Shown in pieces: positions 61,440 to 64,000 of a stretch of DNA of 64,000 nucleotides. The notes under the pieces were generated by a model that worked only from the letters and a program-made list of their open reading frames with translations, searched no databases and was not told the DNA's origin. Position numbers and translations under genes: made by a program. The stretch covers positions 608,001 to 672,000 of the forward strand of contig CAVOYH010000003.1 in NCBI GenBank assembly GCA_963700635.1, in the 5' to 3' direction. How positions within the stretch are numbered: the first letter of the stretch is position 1; the number at the start of each line of letters is the position of its first letter. This stretch comes from an uncultured Bacteroidota bacterium. GTDB taxonomy: Bacteria > Bacteroidota > Ignavibacteria > UBA10030 > UBA6906.

Positions 61440-63407
61440 GTGCTGATTCTAAGTCTCTGCATGTGTGTTTTTTCCCCTCTTCCTGGAGATCCTTCGATGG
61501 ACTACACCGTCCTGTCACCGGACAAGCAGACCGTTGTTACCATCAGCACCGGTGAACGTATTACGTACGCGGTTTCACATAACGACAAACCTCTGATCAC
61601 ACCATCGCAGATCGCGCTCGTTACCGAAGGGGGAAGGATTCCCGCAACGCCAGCCACCGTGAAGAACACGGCAACACGATCTGTACAGGAGACGGTGCCG
61701 CGTATCGTCTGGCAGAAAAGTAAGACTCTCACCGACCACTACAACGAGCGAACACTGGAATTTTCCGATGGGACGGTGTTGATCTTCAGAGCGTTTGACA
61801 ATGGGGTTGCCTACCGGTGGGAGACCAGACTGGGCGGGACGGTCCGTTTCCTTCCTGAGACGTTCGAGATCAATGTCGCCGGAAACCCTTGGATTCATTT
61901 CCCTGAAGAAGAACGTTTTTTTTCGCACAACGAACGACTCTACAAGTACGAACCGCTGGCCGGAATCTCCGGAACACGATTCTGCAGCACTCCGGCTCTT
62001 ATCGATACCCGCGGGGGAACATTCATTCTTGTGACCGAATCGGATCTCGTGGACTACCCCGGACTCTGGCTCTCAGGTACGGGCGAAAACGGTCTCACCG
62101 GCCTCTTTCCGGGATATGTCCTCCTGGAAGACATCAAAAATGACCGCGATGCTGAACCTGTCAAGCGCGCTAATTTTGTTGCACTCACCAGCGGGACACG
62201 TTCTTTTCCATGGCGCATTCTGGCGATTGCCGACAGGGATGCGGACCTCCTCACCAACGATCTGGTCTTCCTGCTCTCACAGCCGAATCGGCTGTCCGAT
62301 GTCACATGGATCAAACCGGGAAAGGTCGCGTGGGACTGGTGGAACGCAAACAACGTGTACGGTGTCGACTTTGAGGCCGGAATCAACAACGAGACGTATA
62401 TGTACTATATCGATTTCGCAGCACAGTACGGTCTTGAATACGTGATCCTTGACGAGGGGTGGTACACCCTGGGTGATCTCCTTGCGGTCAATCCTGCCAT
62501 CGATATTCCGAAGCTGGTTGCTTATGCAGAGAAAAAGAATGTGGGCATCATTCTCTGGGTGATCTGGAAAACCCTTCACGACCAGCTTGCGCCGGCGCTT
62601 GATCAGTTTGCCGATTGGGGCATCAAGGGCATCAAGGTGGATTTTATGCAACGGGACGACCAATGGATGGTGAACTACTACTGGGACATTGCCCGGGAAG
62701 CAGCTCAACGAAAATTGCTCGTGGATTTCCACGGAGCCCACAAACCGGCAGGACTTTATCGTGCCTATCCGAATGTCATGACGGGTGAAGGCGTACGCGG
62801 TCTGGAAAACACAAAATGGTCAGCGGATATCACACCCGGACATTGCGTGACATTGCCCTTTACGCGTATGGTGGCGGGACCAATGGACTTCACGCCGGGA
62901 GCAATGCTGAATCTGCCGCAATCCTCGTTCAAACCCATGTTTGCAACTCCGGCAAGCATAGGAACACGCTGCCAGCAGCTGGCGATGTATGTTGTGTATG
63001 AAAGCCCGCTGCAGATGTTGTGTGACAGCCCCACACTCTATCTGCGCGAACCCGAATGTATGGAGTTTCTCGGCCGGGTTCCGACAGTCTGGGAACGTAC
63101 TCTTGCACTGGACGGCAAGGTATCGGAGTACGTCCTTGTTGCGCGAAAGTCCGGTTCCGCATGGTACATCGGAGCAATGACCAATGAAAGCGGCCGCACC
63201 CTCTCCGTTGATCTGACATTTCTTGAAAAGGGAACATTTACCGCCGATATCTGGCAGGACGGTCCCAATGCCCACCGGCATGGGAATGATTTCCGGTATT
63301 CGGCGGTCACCGTAACCAGAGACACCAGACTGGAGATTCCCCTTGCCCCCGGAGGCGGCTGGGTTGCGCGTATACACCCCTCCGCGTTTGATTTCAGTGG
63401 GGAATAA
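61440..63407 (+). CDS. Glycoside hydrolase family 97 (retaining-type motif)
   Basis: SPD, FRAFDNGVAYR, WIKPGKVAWDWW, LDEGW, GIKVDFM (Asp nucleophile), EGVRGLE, GPMDFTPG. Confidence 0.92.
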   Translation: MLILSLCMCVFSPLPGDPSMDYTVLSPDKQTVVTISTGERITYAVSHNDKPLITPSQIALVTEGGRIPATPATVKNTATRSVQETVPRIVWQKSKTLTDHYNERTLEFSDGTVLIFRAFDNGVAYRWETRLGGTVRFLPETFEINVAGNPWIHFPEEERFFSHNERLYKYEPLAGISGTRFCSTPALIDTRGGTFILVTESDLVDYPGLWLSGTGENGLTGLFPGYVLLEDIKNDRDAEPVKRANFVALTSGTRSFPWRILAIADRDADLLTNDLVFLLSQPNRLSDVTWIKPGKVAWDWWNANNVYGVDFEAGINNETYMYYIDFAAQYGLEYVILDEGWYTLGDLLAVNPAIDIPKLVAYAEKKNVGIILWVIWKTLHDQLAPALDQFADWGIKGIKVDFMQRDDQWMVNYYWDIAREAAQRKLLVDFHGAHKPAGLYRAYPNVMTGEGVRGLENTKWSADITPGHCVTLPFTRMVAGPMDFTPGAMLNLPQSSFKPMFATPASIGTRCQQLAMYVVYESPLQMLCDSPTLYLREPECMEFLGRVPTVWERTLALDGKVSEYVLVARKSGSAWYIGAMTNESGRTLSVDLTFLEKGTFTADIWQDGPNAHRHGNDFRYSAVTVTRDTRLEIPLAPGGGWVARIHPSAFDFSGE

Positions 63408-63430
63408 GTGGTATATTATCCTCAGTGCCT

Positions 63431-64000
63431 ATGCTCTATCACCGCCAGCAATACCTGGATTTGATGACATTTGGGTCCTCCGATCGTCCCATGTTTGTCG
63501 AGTTGTTCGGCCTTCTTGTCGGACTCGAAGACGAGTGGCGCGCACAGGGTGCAACATCGGACGAACTGTCACTCGAGGCATTCGACTGGGACTATGTGCC
63601 CGTCGTACATTGTGGAGGCACCACCGGGGTATTCGGCGGCCCGCCTCCAGTCGTCGTCGAAGAAACAGATGAGATCCTTCTCCGCCGCGATGAACTGGGC
63701 CGGCTCACAAAACTTTTCAAAAAATCCGCAACGATTCCCCTGCCGCTTGATCACCCTGTACATGACATGGATTCGTGGCTTGCCATCAAACCGCTTTTTG
63801 TGTTCACGGAAGAACGGATTGACGAAGACGCCATTCAACAGGCAAAGAAGGCCCAACAACACGGTGCACTTGTAGTTGCCTACATCCCGGGTGGCTTCGA
63901 TATGCCGCGGGAATTAATGGGCGAAGAGTGCGCCTGCCTCGCCTATTATGAACAGCCTGAACTCATGCAGGATATCCTGACAACGCTCACCACGACGTCA
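63431..64000 (+). CDS. Uroporphyrinogen decarboxylase/MtaA-like TIM-barrel family protein (partial; runs off the window)
   Basis: Open frame from ATG 63431 to the end: MLYHRQQYLDLMTFG...RDELGR..PLDHPVHDMDSW...GGFDMPRELMGEE..LAYYEQPELMQDIL. Confidence 0.65.
   Translation, partial: MLYHRQQYLDLMTFGSSDRPMFVELFGLLVGLEDEWRAQGATSDELSLEAFDWDYVPVVHCGGTTGVFGGPPPVVVEETDEILLRRDELGRLTKLFKKSATIPLPLDHPVHDMDSWLAIKPLFVFTEERIDEDAIQQAKKAQQHGALVVAYIPGGFDMPRELMGEECACLAYYEQPELMQDILTTLTTTS

Overview
Gene-dense bacterial chromosome segment (GC in the mid-50s % by eye). Gene content and TTGnnn-17-TAnnnT promoters suggest an Ignavibacteria/Chlorobi-related lineage (inference). No rRNA, tRNA, CRISPR array or mobile element was seen. 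In order: (1) a mutT-mutY-ogg 8-oxoG repair operon that uses an archaeal-type Ogg2; (2) an ~11 kb sulfur-respiration cluster behind a sigma54-type promoter: Cys-rich MerR regulator, PsrABC/PhsABC-type molybdoenzyme, two YeeE/YedE proteins, three rhodanese-domain proteins, CMD, MobA, a membrane-NTPase fusion, OsmC, a methyltransferase and DUF302; (3) a minus-strand carboxylate uptake locus (DUF485-actP-porin) preceded by a metallophosphoesterase and an unusual membrane sCache_2-PAS-PAS-CBS-DUF294 nucleotidyltransferase receptor, the best candidate here for an undescribed signalling system; (4) a pentaheme cytochrome c coupled to a Cyc2-like cytochrome-porin; (5) housekeeping genes: a frameshifted LD-carboxypeptidase, purN-purH-mreBCD-mrdA-rodA-Lon-like protease-decarboxylase, dcd, S9 peptidase, pckA, maeB, plsC-gatC-kdsB-pyrG, a Gfo/Idh/MocA oxidoreductase and GH97. 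All calls come from motif recognition by eye; no database searches were run.
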